In this document: piece by piece, positions 1 through 11,900 of the stretch
How positions within the stretch are numbered: position 1 is the first letter of the stretch
Layout of the letters: every line of letters starts with the position of its first letter
UHGV virus genome: UHGV-1366976
DNA: 64,000 nucleotides
Direction: 5' to 3' (one strand)
From: a virus
Translations under genes and position numbers: made by a program
Notes under the pieces: generated by a model
Database searches by the model: none
Told to the model about the DNA's origin: nothing
The model's input: the letters and a program-made list of their open reading frames with translations, nothing else

Positions 1-2
1 AA

Positions 3-3000
3 ATGCAAAATCTTAAAACAGAATCTGAAGAAACTACTAAAGAAAAATCTTCTCCAAAATCTAAAGAGAAAGTCTCAGAACAAACTACTAAGACTAGTGA
101 AGAAAAAACTGAAGAGAAAGTTAATAAGAAAAAACCTAAATCTTCAGAATCTCCTGAACAAGATGTAGATTCTAAAGCATCTAATGATGAAGGTTTAGAT
201 TATAGTGATACAGAATCTGGAAATATATCAGAAACAACTGAATTTGACATAGATGATTCTATTACTGCTACAATGAATGAAGAATTATTTGGTCCTATTC
301 AACAAGATTCAAATGATACTATTACTGATAAAAGTAGGAGTAAAGATGAAGTAGTTAATGATATAGTAGAATCTATTAATAGTGCTTCTAATCTAAATGA
401 TTATTTAGCTACTAGAGAAGAAGCTAAAAAATCTGCAGAAACAAGTGCTTTATCTAAAGAAGCTTTTAATAAAATATATGAATCTGAGGATGATCTTTTA
501 AGAGATTTTAATTTAGATAATCCTACAGAATCACAAGCTAATGCTCTTGCTGCTAGATTCTTTGATATTACAGAAGAACCAGTTGCAGCAGAACTTATTA
601 AAGAAGCTTTAATGAATAAAACTCTTATAAATGAACAACTATTAGGAGAAGAAGAGTTTATAGCTTATAATGAAGTTTTAGATTATATAAAAGGATTACA
701 AGAATCTAAACAATATGGAGATGTTACTCCTTCACAAGATATTCCTGATAATATTCCAGTACAAGAAGATAATAGTCAACAATCTGATAATGTAGAAACT
801 GAATATAATCAGAATGATCCTTTAAGATTAGTATCTTTTAAATATAGTTATGATAAATATACAGATTCTCAAGGTAATCAAAGAATAAAAACTATTCCTC
901 AGAATAGAATGGATTCTATAAAATACAATTCTTATATTAGTTTTGATGAAACTATTAAACCTGAAGTGGCTAATGTAGGATCTAAAGTTTTCTTTGGTAT
1001 TCCTGAAGAATTTCTTCAATATCAACATAGTGTAGATGATGCTGATATTTTAATATATGATGAAAATAATAATGGTATTAGTTGGTTAAGAAGAGAGAAA
1101 AAAGCTAGAGAATGGAAAGCTACAGATCAAGAAATACATATACTTAAACAACAAAGAGCATTGTTATATAATAAAGCTGTTAGCTATCAAGGAGAACCTG
1201 TATTAATTAATGGTAAAAGAGTTATTCCTTGTAATGTATCTTCTTTTATAACTAGTAAATCTTATGGTATAATTACACATGATGGAGATAATTATTATTC
1301 AATTAAAGAAGCTTTACAAGTAGATAATGTTGAAGATATTAAGTTAGGTATAGTTGTAGGAAAAGAAACTAATGGATATACTTTTAATATTCCTGGTGTT
1401 GATATGAATAATTTTCATACACCACCTGCTGATAACTTTAGAACAGGTCATTTATTTGCTATGGTACAAAGTGCTAATGGAGATTATTTTCCATTAAGAC
1501 TTTACACTCAAAAATATAATACTTTACAACAAGGTTCAGCTTTACATAATTATTATAGAACTAATATTAATAATGCTTTTAAAAAGATATTAGATTCAGA
1601 TCCTGAAGTTTCTAGTAAAGGATCTTATGAACTATCTAAATATGTTGTTATTAGATTAGTAAAAAATAATAGTGCAGATCTTCCTTTTATGGTTCAAAAA
1701 TATAATGGATCTGAATATGAAGATGTTGAAGCTGTTTCTAGAGAAGAAGCTATTAATAGAGTAAAAGAATCTTTAATCAACATTCCTTATAATCTTTTAA
1801 ATAAATCTGGAAATAAAATAATGAATGAATTATTAAATTCAGATGCATTACAAATGAATATATTTCCAGGTGAACCATTTCATTCTCCAACATTTGGATA
1901 TGATAGAAATTTAGTAGATCTTAATCCAGTAAAAGAAACTATATCTGAAGTTAAAGAACCTACTAAAGAAACTAAAATAGAAGAACCTAAACCAAAAGAA
2001 AAAATTACAGATCCTGTAGAACAATCTTTTGAACAAACTTTAACTGTAGATGCAATAAAAGAATTACCTAATTCTCCTAAAAAAAGAGGTCCCTTATCTG
2101 GTCCTAATAATAAATTAGCTAATAAGTTAAAAGGTAAAAACTTTATTAAACCTGACTTATCTAGAAAAGCTGAATGGGGAAAAGATGATGACAAATACAG
2201 ATTAATGTCTGAACCTTTAAACTATGAAAAAGCTGATTTAAACAAAGAATTATCTTGGTTAAAAGAAAATTTACCTCAATTAACAGACAATGAATTAGTT
2301 GAGATTCACAGAGGTCTAATTAATGTAGGTAATTTATATGCTTGGGGAAGATTTAAAGATGGAATTATAGAACTATCAGATATAGCTGCTAGTGGAACTA
2401 CATACCATGAAGCTTTTCATGCTGTATTTAATATGTTTTTAACAGAATCAGAAACTAATAAATTATTAGAGAAAGCCAGAAAAGAACTTGGTTTAACTGG
2501 TAAATCTGATGTAGCTGTAGAAGAAACTCTAGCAGATAAATTTAGAGATTATGTAGAAACAGATCAAATTACTAATAAATCTATCTTAGATAGAATTAGT
2601 GATTTCTTTAAAAATATATATTACTTAATTAAAAATAAATTACATCTTAATCCTTCTATAGAACAAGTATTTTATGATATTAATAGAGGAAGATATTCTA
2701 AGAAAAAATTTGAAAAGAATAGGCCTTTAGTAGAGAGAAACTGGTTATCTAATATCACTCCTTCTGTTTATAAGAGAAGAGTAGATATGCTAGTAGATAC
2801 TTTTGAAGATATTATAGATAATTTAGCTCAAGAATCTCCTGAATTAAGTAGAGTTGATGTTATTAAACAATATTCTTTAGAAGATTATATTCTAACCATA
2901 CATGATCAATTATATGCTTCTGCACATGGAAATAATGCTGTTTATACAGATCCTACTCAAATAGATGCTATTGATTTAATTACAGATGAACTTGTTCAAT

Positions 3001-6000
3001 TTGATGCTGATGGAAATCCTCAATTTGGTCAATTAGCATTAGATATGTTAAAAGAAATATCTGCATTAGAAGGTATTACTTTTAAAGCTCAACAAATTGT
3101 TGATATGGATATGAATCAACAAGATGAGAACACTGAGTTCATGAATAATGAAGAAGTTGTTAAACAAGAAGGATGGCAAATAGATCAAATGTTAATATCT
3201 CCAGTAACTAAATTAAGACAAAGCACTAGGAATATTATTAGAAGAATTCCTAAAATGACTTCTGATGGTACTTTGGTATCTCCTGATGATTTAGGATATC
3301 AACCTTATATGAGTGGTACAGAAGTTTTTGCCACTATGTTAAATAAACTATCTACAATGAATAAACCTAGTGATTTAATGAAGACTTTAGAATCTTTAAG
3401 TCAAAGTTTTCCTTGGGTAGATTCTATTATAGATATTTTAAAATCAGATCCTAAATTACAAGTAGATTTCTACAACTCATTTAGAAATGATTCTGTAGAA
3501 TATATGATTATTAGCTCTCAAAGTGATGGTACTATGAGAGTATTTGGAGGTAATAGTGTCAATAAAGCAGGAGAATTATTAAGGATATGGAGTTCTAATT
3601 ATTCTTTAGCTAGTCATAATAAAGAAGAGCTTGTAAAGTCTTTAAAGGAAAATTCAGATAAAATATATAAAATATATCAAGAAGTATCAGGTAATCCATT
3701 TAGACTTCATAAAGTTAGACTTTGGAAAAAGAATTGGAAATCTGGTAAATTTAATAATCCACAAATCAATGCATGGGCTAGAGAAGTTTCTGGTATGTTG
3801 AATACTATAGGAATAGATAGTAAACCATCAGAACTAGTAAAAGTTTTTCAATCTAATATGAGATTAAATGATGATAATTCTAACTTTCAGCCAATGCAAG
3901 ATTTCTTATTGAATTCATTTAGAGTGTTGAGAGCTTTTCATGATACCATAAATAAAGATGATTATGATATAAGAAGAAATACTTATTATGATCTTGAATT
4001 ATTACCTGTTAATGTTAGAATAAAAGCATTAAGTAAAGCTTTATCTAATGTTAGACCATCATTATATGAATCTTCTTTAAGAGAAGATGGAAAGACATAT
4101 TCTACAAATATTACTCCATCTTTTATAGGTAAATTGTTTAAAAGACTTACAGATGTAGAAGATAAAAGTGCATTTGAACCTTTTAAGAAAAGTTTCTTTT
4201 ATACTAGTAATGAAGGTAAATTTACACATCCTTGGCTAAAAGAACTTTATAATATAAAAACTAAAGATCTTGCTAGTGAGATTCAAGTGTCTATGTTTCT
4301 AGAAAAAGATAAAACTAGATATTCTGAATTAAGTAAACCTGATTTCTTAGGATCTAAAATTAATCTATGGTATAATAATGGAGCTAGAGATTATGGTTAC
4401 TTTATGTTGCCTATTCCATCAGATGCTTCTTCTATGCCAGTAATTAGATTTCCTAAATCTTATGATTTAAGTCATTCTTTAGATGGTTTAGTGGAATTAG
4501 CTAAAGCTGAAATTAGAAGAATTGAAGTAGTTAAAGAAAGATCTAAAAAAATAAAAAATGGAGAGATCTATGAAATCAAGAATTTTGATAAAAGAGGATC
4601 TAAATTTTTAATGTTTCCTTTCTTAAATAAATATAATATTGATGAACTTAAAACTTCTGAAGCAACTTTAAGAAAATATATTGAAGAAGCCATGGAAGAA
4701 GGATTTGAGAAATTTAAATCTAATCCTGATTTAGATGGCACTAAATATGATAAGAGAATAACTGAAAGTAAATTAAAAGAATTCTATTATAATGATACTT
4801 TAGCTCAATATAGTATTATGACTATGACATCTGGAGATTTAGCCTATTATAAAAATGATGTGGACTTCTTTAAAAGAAATAAACAAAATATGTCTCCAGG
4901 TCAATATGGTGATTGGGAAACTTTAGGAATACCAGAAAAATTTAAAGCTATTAGAATGAAAGATAATGAGATTCCTTCATTAGTAGCTGATGCTTATTAT
5001 GAAAATCTTAAATTAAATGGTGTATCAACAACAGAAGCTATGATTATTGCTTCTAAATTTGGTTATTCTAATTATACAGACTCAGAAGGAAATAAGAAAG
5101 TAAAATTACCTAATGGTCAAATTATTGATAGTGGTTTAAATAATGCTACAGATGGACAAACATTTATCACATTAGATAGATATAGAAATATTGCTAGAAT
5201 GAATTCTAAATGGGATGATGCTAAAGAATCATCTTATCAAAGACTAAAAAATGGTACTTATAATGTAGAAGATATTTTAACATTCTCTTTACAACCTATT
5301 AAACCATATATGTTTGCTCCTCATATTACAGATTCTGGAGTAGATATAAATGGTAAAAACACTTCTTTATATCAACCACTACAAAATAAAAACTCTGAAG
5401 CAGTATTAATTCCTCAAATGGTGCAAAATAGTCCTTTATTAAGTGCTCTAGTTAAAGGAATGGAAGATAATGGTATAGATGCTGTTTATTTTGAATCTGC
5501 TGTAAAAGAAGGTATTGAACTAAATACTTCTCAAGAACTTAAAGATAAACTTAGAAAACAAGGTAAACCAATTCTTCCAGATGCTGTATTACATTTTAAT
5601 GGTGATCCCAGAGAATTATCTGAAACTAATGTTAAATATTATTATTTAAGTAATGATGATTACATGTATCAGATGGATACACCAGAACACTTTAGAGATA
5701 CACTACAGCTATTTGGATCTCAAATTAGAAAACATATTATTGCTAACTTAGATGAAGATGCTGAATTTTATATTGAAGATATGAAATTTACTGGCAAGAA
5801 TATTGCTTCTTTATTTGATGATATTTTAGCATGGAATTATGATAAAAATTATAAAAAAGTTATAGATAAAATTGGTACTATAGATGGATTAGCTAGAGAA
5901 CTTCAAGGTGGAGTAATGCAAAGAAAATTTGCTGAAAATACTACAGAAGCTGTACAACTTATGAATTATAAAGGAGAAAAAGTATTTAAACTTCCTTTAT

Positions 6001-8870
6001 ATTTCCCTCTTCAATCTAATAGAATATTTCAAATGATATCTTCTATTTTTAGAAATAATATTATTAGAAATAAAGTTAGTGGAGGAGCTTTATATCAAGT
6101 ATCTTCTTATGGTTTTGATAATTCTTTAAAAGTACATATGAAAGATGGACATATAGAATATGTTGATTGTATTATGCCTTATACTTATAGTAATCAACTA
6201 GCTCAATTAGCAGATGAAAATGGCATGATAGATCCATCTAAAGTGGAAGATAAAGAATTATTAAAAGTAATATGTTATAGAATTCCTACTGAAGATAAAT
6301 ATTCAGCTGTTCCATTAAGAATTAAAGGATTTAGTTCTCCTGCAGAAGGAGGTATTATTAAATTGCCTTCTGATATTATTACTATTACTGGATCTGATTT
6401 TGATGTAGATAAGATGTATTTTCTATCTTATGCTGCCAAATATACTCCAGCTAGATATAATCTATCTAAGATAAGAACTTGGATGGCAAATAATGGATTA
6501 TTATCAGACACTTTCTCATCAGGTAATTATCAAGAAGAGATGAATTATCTCAGTGATTTATTAGAAAAATATGATTCTGGAGAAAAACTAAGCACTGAAG
6601 AAACAGAAGCAATGATTGAGGTTTCTAAATTCTTAAAAGAACATCAAGATCTTATAATTCAAAAATCTAAATTAGAAAAAATAAAATATAATTATAAACA
6701 ATTTCCTGAAAAACAATCTGTAGAAGCATCTAATAATGCTTTAATAGATATTATGTATAGTATTCTTACTTCTAGAGATGCATTTAAAACAATGGTGAGT
6801 GGAGCTAACACTTCTATGTTTGCTGATGTTATAAGCACTTTAGAGAAATTAGAAAAGAAAAAATCAGAAGGAGATAGATTATTTGATCCTAGTTTTTTAA
6901 CAGACACTTATTATGAATATATGGCAGGAAAAGCATTAACTGGTGTATTTGCAGCTAATAGTGCTAATCATTCTATGTTACAATTTTATAATGTTAATCT
7001 TAATAAAAAAAATGCTATTACATTAGATGGAAAAACTGTAACAAAAATAAGTCCTGTCAAAACATTAGATGGAACTAACAATGTTACTAATATATTAGGA
7101 TCTTTCTTAGCTACAGTAGTAGATAATGCTAAAACATTAACTGCTTCTAAAGTAAATTTAAATATGTTTACTGCTAGTACTTATACATTATTATTAAGAA
7201 TGGGTTTTGATCCTAAAACAGTAATGTATTTTATGTCTCAACCTTCTTTAAGATTATTATCTGATAAGGTAATGGCTAAAGGAGATATGTTTAATTATAG
7301 AGATAGCATAGAAGAAGTTATTAAAGTATTTTCTAAACATACTAATGAACAATCTAGATTAGATCTTAAAAAGAATGGTTTCACTCAATTTAAACAATCA
7401 GATCTTATTGAAGCTATAAAGAATTTTAATAAGAGTGGTGGAGATATTGATTTGTATGAAAATGCAAAGCAAATTCTTATTCTAGAAGCTTTTAGAGATC
7501 TTATAGAACCAGCAAATGTTTTGAGATCTATTAATTCAGCAATGAGATCAGAAACTTATGGAGCAGCTCCTAATCCAGGAGATACAATAGCTAATTTGGC
7601 TAAAGCTAAAAAACTTAGTAGAAAATCTATTATCTCAGGTTTAGGAGATATTCTAACTTATGTTTCTAGAGGAGAAGAATATGAAAAATTAATGCATGAT
7701 CCAAATATAAAAAAATCTTTAATTTCTGCTAATACTAATGGTGTGGTAGAATATGATAATTTTATATCTAAATATACTCCATTTAACACTAATATTTTTA
7801 CATCTTATAGGTCTTTGTTGTCAGAAGCTATTCATGATGACTTAACTGGAAGTGAAATAGATGAGTTAAATACTATAATGCTTAATCATTTAACAGAATC
7901 TTTAGATTTCTTTAGATTTACAAAAGAGCAAAAAAATGCTTGGATATATAAATTTCCTAGAAAATTTTTAGAAATTATAAATAAAGATAATTATCTTAAA
8001 AATGTAAATGAATTCACTAGAAGATTAACTGTTCAAAATGAATTTCAATCAACATTAAATGGTAGACAATCTATTTCTATAATTAAATTTAGTGGCTCTA
8101 GATTTGATAATGAAGTAGCTAAAGATGAAGCTATTAGAGCTTTTGAATATTTATGGAGAACTCCTAAATATACTAAATTAGCTGAAGATTTATTGAAATA
8201 TAATTTTGTTATTAGTGGATGGGGTGTCACACCTAATAGTTTTAATCATGTAGTTCCAATTTCTATGATTAACAATATTCCAGGATTTAATGAATTATTT
8301 AGAGAAACTATTTTTGATGATAATATTAGGGTTAATATAGATAACTTAATTGATTCTTATATAGTAAATAACTTTAGAAACAATAGAATAGTTCCTGAAA
8401 TTAGTAAAGGAGATAATTATAAATTTACTGATAAAGATCATTCAGGATTAACATTAAGCCATTCTAGTTCTATTAATATAAAAGAAGGTTCCTATATTAA
8501 AATTCCTTATAGGTATATTAAATTCAATAATAATAGAAAAATAGAATTATACAAGTTAATAGGAGCCACTAAAGAAACAGCTGAATATCAAAGAGTAGGT
8601 AGTTATGGTACATCAACTATTTTTGAATTTATTGAGGGAGAATCTAGTTTTACTTCTAATAATTTATCTGAAAAACTAATGAAATCTTCAGAGTTGAATG
8701 CTAATTTAAAAAGACATGAAACTCAAGCAGAAATAGATTTAATAAAAGCTATGATAGAAGGAGAAACTGATACCCAAAATAATGAAGAATTAGATAATGA
8801 ATTATCTGATAAACTAGCTTCAGTAGCTAAAGAAGCAGAACAAATAAAGAATCATTGTAAAGGTAAATAA
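3..8870 (+). CDS. Giant virion protein, putative virion-packaged RNA polymerase (two-barrel RNAP-like). N-terminus may lie upstream of the window.
   Basis: 2955-aa ORF. Motif GSDFDVDKMYF at aa 2132-2136 (nt 6396-6410) resembles the beta-prime catalytic loop NADFDGDQM (D-F-D-x-D-x-M). Low-complexity K/E/S-rich N-terminus. HEAFH (HExxH) at aa 802. Size and position typical of crAss-like virion RNAP/cargo proteins. Confidence 0.45.
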   Translation: MQNLKTESEETTKEKSSPKSKEKVSEQTTKTSEEKTEEKVNKKKPKSSESPEQDVDSKASNDEGLDYSDTESGNISETTEFDIDDSITATMNEELFGPIQQDSNDTITDKSRSKDEVVNDIVESINSASNLNDYLATREEAKKSAETSALSKEAFNKIYESEDDLLRDFNLDNPTESQANALAARFFDITEEPVAAELIKEALMNKTLINEQLLGEEEFIAYNEVLDYIKGLQESKQYGDVTPSQDIPDNIPVQEDNSQQSDNVETEYNQNDPLRLVSFKYSYDKYTDSQGNQRIKTIPQNRMDSIKYNSYISFDETIKPEVANVGSKVFFGIPEEFLQYQHSVDDADILIYDENNNGISWLRREKKAREWKATDQEIHILKQQRALLYNKAVSYQGEPVLINGKRVIPCNVSSFITSKSYGIITHDGDNYYSIKEALQVDNVEDIKLGIVVGKETNGYTFNIPGVDMNNFHTPPADNFRTGHLFAMVQSANGDYFPLRLYTQKYNTLQQGSALHNYYRTNINNAFKKILDSDPEVSSKGSYELSKYVVIRLVKNNSADLPFMVQKYNGSEYEDVEAVSREEAINRVKESLINIPYNLLNKSGNKIMNELLNSDALQMNIFPGEPFHSPTFGYDRNLVDLNPVKETISEVKEPTKETKIEEPKPKEKITDPVEQSFEQTLTVDAIKELPNSPKKRGPLSGPNNKLANKLKGKNFIKPDLSRKAEWGKDDDKYRLMSEPLNYEKADLNKELSWLKENLPQLTDNELVEIHRGLINVGNLYAWGRFKDGIIELSDIAASGTTYHEAFHAVFNMFLTESETNKLLEKARKELGLTGKSDVAVEETLADKFRDYVETDQITNKSILDRISDFFKNIYYLIKNKLHLNPSIEQVFYDINRGRYSKKKFEKNRPLVERNWLSNITPSVYKRRVDMLVDTFEDIIDNLAQESPELSRVDVIKQYSLEDYILTIHDQLYASAHGNNAVYTDPTQIDAIDLITDELVQFDADGNPQFGQLALDMLKEISALEGITFKAQQIVDMDMNQQDENTEFMNNEEVVKQEGWQIDQMLISPVTKLRQSTRNIIRRIPKMTSDGTLVSPDDLGYQPYMSGTEVFATMLNKLSTMNKPSDLMKTLESLSQSFPWVDSIIDILKSDPKLQVDFYNSFRNDSVEYMIISSQSDGTMRVFGGNSVNKAGELLRIWSSNYSLASHNKEELVKSLKENSDKIYKIYQEVSGNPFRLHKVRLWKKNWKSGKFNNPQINAWAREVSGMLNTIGIDSKPSELVKVFQSNMRLNDDNSNFQPMQDFLLNSFRVLRAFHDTINKDDYDIRRNTYYDLELLPVNVRIKALSKALSNVRPSLYESSLREDGKTYSTNITPSFIGKLFKRLTDVEDKSAFEPFKKSFFYTSNEGKFTHPWLKELYNIKTKDLASEIQVSMFLEKDKTRYSELSKPDFLGSKINLWYNNGARDYGYFMLPIPSDASSMPVIRFPKSYDLSHSLDGLVELAKAEIRRIEVVKERSKKIKNGEIYEIKNFDKRGSKFLMFPFLNKYNIDELKTSEATLRKYIEEAMEEGFEKFKSNPDLDGTKYDKRITESKLKEFYYNDTLAQYSIMTMTSGDLAYYKNDVDFFKRNKQNMSPGQYGDWETLGIPEKFKAIRMKDNEIPSLVADAYYENLKLNGVSTTEAMIIASKFGYSNYTDSEGNKKVKLPNGQIIDSGLNNATDGQTFITLDRYRNIARMNSKWDDAKESSYQRLKNGTYNVEDILTFSLQPIKPYMFAPHITDSGVDINGKNTSLYQPLQNKNSEAVLIPQMVQNSPLLSALVKGMEDNGIDAVYFESAVKEGIELNTSQELKDKLRKQGKPILPDAVLHFNGDPRELSETNVKYYYLSNDDYMYQMDTPEHFRDTLQLFGSQIRKHIIANLDEDAEFYIEDMKFTGKNIASLFDDILAWNYDKNYKKVIDKIGTIDGLARELQGGVMQRKFAENTTEAVQLMNYKGEKVFKLPLYFPLQSNRIFQMISSIFRNNIIRNKVSGGALYQVSSYGFDNSLKVHMKDGHIEYVDCIMPYTYSNQLAQLADENGMIDPSKVEDKELLKVICYRIPTEDKYSAVPLRIKGFSSPAEGGIIKLPSDIITITGSDFDVDKMYFLSYAAKYTPARYNLSKIRTWMANNGLLSDTFSSGNYQEEMNYLSDLLEKYDSGEKLSTEETEAMIEVSKFLKEHQDLIIQKSKLEKIKYNYKQFPEKQSVEASNNALIDIMYSILTSRDAFKTMVSGANTSMFADVISTLEKLEKKKSEGDRLFDPSFLTDTYYEYMAGKALTGVFAANSANHSMLQFYNVNLNKKNAITLDGKTVTKISPVKTLDGTNNVTNILGSFLATVVDNAKTLTASKVNLNMFTASTYTLLLRMGFDPKTVMYFMSQPSLRLLSDKVMAKGDMFNYRDSIEEVIKVFSKHTNEQSRLDLKKNGFTQFKQSDLIEAIKNFNKSGGDIDLYENAKQILILEAFRDLIEPANVLRSINSAMRSETYGAAPNPGDTIANLAKAKKLSRKSIISGLGDILTYVSRGEEYEKLMHDPNIKKSLISANTNGVVEYDNFISKYTPFNTNIFTSYRSLLSEAIHDDLTGSEIDELNTIMLNHLTESLDFFRFTKEQKNAWIYKFPRKFLEIINKDNYLKNVNEFTRRLTVQNEFQSTLNGRQSISIIKFSGSRFDNEVAKDEAIRAFEYLWRTPKYTKLAEDLLKYNFVISGWGVTPNSFNHVVPISMINNIPGFNELFRETIFDDNIRVNIDNLIDSYIVNNFRNNRIVPEISKGDNYKFTDKDHSGLTLSHSSSINIKEGSYIKIPYRYIKFNNNRKIELYKLIGATKETAEYQRVGSYGTSTIFEFIEGESSFTSNNLSEKLMKSSELNANLKRHETQAEIDLIKAMIEGETDTQNNEELDNELSDKLASVAKEAEQIKNHCKGK

Positions 8871-8872
8871 TA

Positions 8873-8912
8873 ATAATGGGGAGGAGATAATATCAAATCC
8901 CCTATAATTTTT
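8873..8912 (+). terminator. Weak hairpin plus T-run after the giant gene
   Basis: GGGGA(8878-8882)/TCCCC(8898-8902) stem with a 15-nt loop, followed by TATAATTTTTT. Short stem and long loop, so tentative. Confidence 0.2.
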
Positions 8913-8917
8913 TAAAT

Positions 8918-11900
8918 ATGAAGATTTGTCCAAATTTAAATGATCCACAAGTAAAAGAAGAATTTGAAACATTAAAAAGATTATTTGGTGAAAATTCTGC
9001 TTATTATTTATGGAATAAAAATAAAGGAAATTTCTTAGATAGGACAGCAGATGGAGATATAAATACTACTTATATAAGTAATTTTGAGAAGTATAATGAT
9101 AAAGAATATGCTTTAAAAACTGCAGCATTAGAATTGTTAAATAGTGAATCTTATAATAATACAGATATTTCTAAAGCTGAACCTGTTAAGAATACTACAA
9201 CATTAGAACTAGGTAAAGAGGCTTTAATGGATATAGTAGAAGGATATCATATGAATAATAAAGGTCAATTTAAATTAGAAGTTGATCAAGCCATTGATTT
9301 AAATAATACTATTAAAGCTGCAGGATTAAAAGATGTAGATGTAGTATCTGTTGGTATTAAATATCAATTGTATGATAAATCTCTAAATAAATATATTACT
9401 GCAAAAGAAATAAAAAATAATCCTAAATATTCTTTATCTGCTTCTGATATTCAGAATTCTATTAAAAATAGAATCTTAGATGAATTAAAAAAACTTGGGG
9501 TAGAAGTTCAAACTGTTGACTCTTTAAAATCTCAATATGGTTTAGATTATTTAGCTGTTGCAGATATTACTAATAAAGCTATTAAATTTGCTAAAAATGA
9601 AATCTCTTTAGAAGCTTTAGGAGAAGAAGGAGCTCACTTCTTTGTAGAAGCTATGAATGATTCTCCATTTGTTAATAGATTGATGAATCTAATTAAACAA
9701 AATAAAGCTTATAAAAATATATTAGGAGATGAATTTAGTGAGTATAATCTAGCTTATAAAGGAGATGAAGATCTTTTAGCTAAAGAAGCTATAGGAAAGC
9801 TTTTGGGACAATATCTTATTGATGTTAATACTTTATCTTATAAACCAGCTAAAAATCTCTTAGAAAGGCTCTGGAATGCCTTAAAATCAATTTTTAGTTC
9901 TAAAGATAATACATCATTAGAAAAACTCTTAAATAATGAATTAAAAGAGTTTGCTCATGATATTTTGACCAATAAAGCAAAAGGATTAAACAAGACTTCT
10001 CTATTAAAATCTTCTATAGATAAATTATATTCTATTGGCAATAGAGCTAAATCTTTAGAAGATGTTATGAATAAAGTTATTGAAACAGAAGCTTTAAGAC
10101 TTAAGATTTATGAAAATCAATTATCTAGTATTAGTACTAAAGAAGCTCAAAGAAAGTTAGTAGTTGAATTAAATGATGCTTTAGAAAAAGGCACTATTAA
10201 AGAAAGAATAGCTTCTTATATTAGTGGAGCTTCTAAAGTAATGCAACAATTAACAGAACAATTAAATAAAGAGAATGAATTGCTCTCTAGTAATTCTATT
10301 TCAAAGTCTGCCCATATTGCTAGAAGAATGAAATCTTTCTTAGTATCTGTACAGCCTATAGTTACAGATATGCAGAGATACCTAAGAGAAGATAAATCAG
10401 ATCCAGAATTTAATAGTAAAATGCATTCTTTAATTTCAGAATTCTTAGTAGAATCTAATGCTATTAATGATGAACTTCAATTAAAGATGTTTAATATTTT
10501 TGCTAAATGGATAGGAACTCAATTTGATAAATTTGCAGAAGTTGAAAATCCATTTGGAGAAAAATTAACTAGACAACAAGTTATTGACAGTTTAACAAAA
10601 GCTAATAAAGATAATAATTGGTTTAATAGATGGATATCTTCAGCAAGTGATAATCCTGATATAGTTATTAATTTAGTAGCCACAGCATTTAAAAACACAG
10701 AAGGTGAAAAAAGAATGAAAGTTAAAGATGTTCATTATCAATTAATAAATGCTGTAAAAGAATTAAATGATGCAGGAATTAAAGATTTTGATTGGATATT
10801 TGAAAAAATAAATGGAGAATATTCACAAAATTTTAATTCAGAATGGGATTATTCTAGTTATGAAGTAGCTAAATCTAAATTGTGGGAAACTTTAAGAAAA
10901 AAATTCCCTGAAAATCCTATAGAGAGAGAAAAAGTTTTTATAGCTAATCCAGACTTACAAAAAGAATGGGCTAAAATATGGTCTGAGTTTAATAGAAAAT
11001 ATGTAGAAAGAGTAGAAGGATGGGAAAATATCTTGTATAATAAAGAAAAAACTTTATCTAGAGGAGAATTCTTAAGATGGAAATCTAAAAATGTTAATGA
11101 ATATATTGATTCTAAAGGTAATACTATACATACTCCTAATGTATATGGAGAATTAGCACATCCTAAACAAAAGAATAAAGCTTTTGAAGAAATTAAAAAT
11201 AATCCTGCTAAATTAAAATTCTATAATACTATTAATAAGATTATGAAAGAATCTCTTAATCTACTACCTGCTGATATAAAAGGAGTAACTCCTAATATGG
11301 CTCCTAGAATTAGAGCAGATTTTAGAGAAAGAGTTGTTCAAGAAGGATTTATTAAAGCTTTTAAAACTAAAGATGCTTTATCTGCAATTCAAATTAGAGC
11401 TGATGAAGATGAATTTGGGTATAGATATGAAGAAAGACTCCAAGATTTTGAAGGTAATACAGTACAATTCTTACCTATTTATTATACAAGTAAGATAAAA
11501 GATGCTACTTTTTCTACAGATTTAATAGGAAATGTACTTAGATTTTATGATATGTCTATTAATTATAACTTAAAGTCTAAAATGATTGATATTCTAGAAG
11601 TAGGGAAGAATATTTTATCAGAAAGATTGGTTAAAATTGGTAGTAATGGATTAGAATCTAAAGTAACTATTTCTGTTCTCACCAGATTAATTCAAAGAGA
11701 AAGTAAAGTTAAAGCAGAAAATCTTTATAAAGGGTATAAAGATCTTATAGATAAAGGATTATATGGAGAGTACCAGAAAAATGAAGGTTCTTTTAAAATA
11801 CCTTTTATCAAAGGAGAATTTGATATTGCTAAATCTATGAATGCAGTGAGAGATGCTGTACAATATATTATGTTGGGAGGTTCTCCATTTGTAGGTTTTG

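Noticed and set aside
828-1028. Antisense ORFs inside the giant gene (828-1028, 1880-2194, 6692-6907, 8045-8230 on the - strand)
   Set aside because: Short, low-complexity I/F/L-rich translations typical of the reverse strand of an AT-rich coding region. Wholly nested in a 2955-aa ORF.
2406-2420. HEAFH as a definite metalloprotease active site
   Set aside because: Kept only as a low-weight observation. A single HExxH in ~3000 residues has a non-trivial chance expectation, and no downstream third zinc ligand motif was identifiable by eye.
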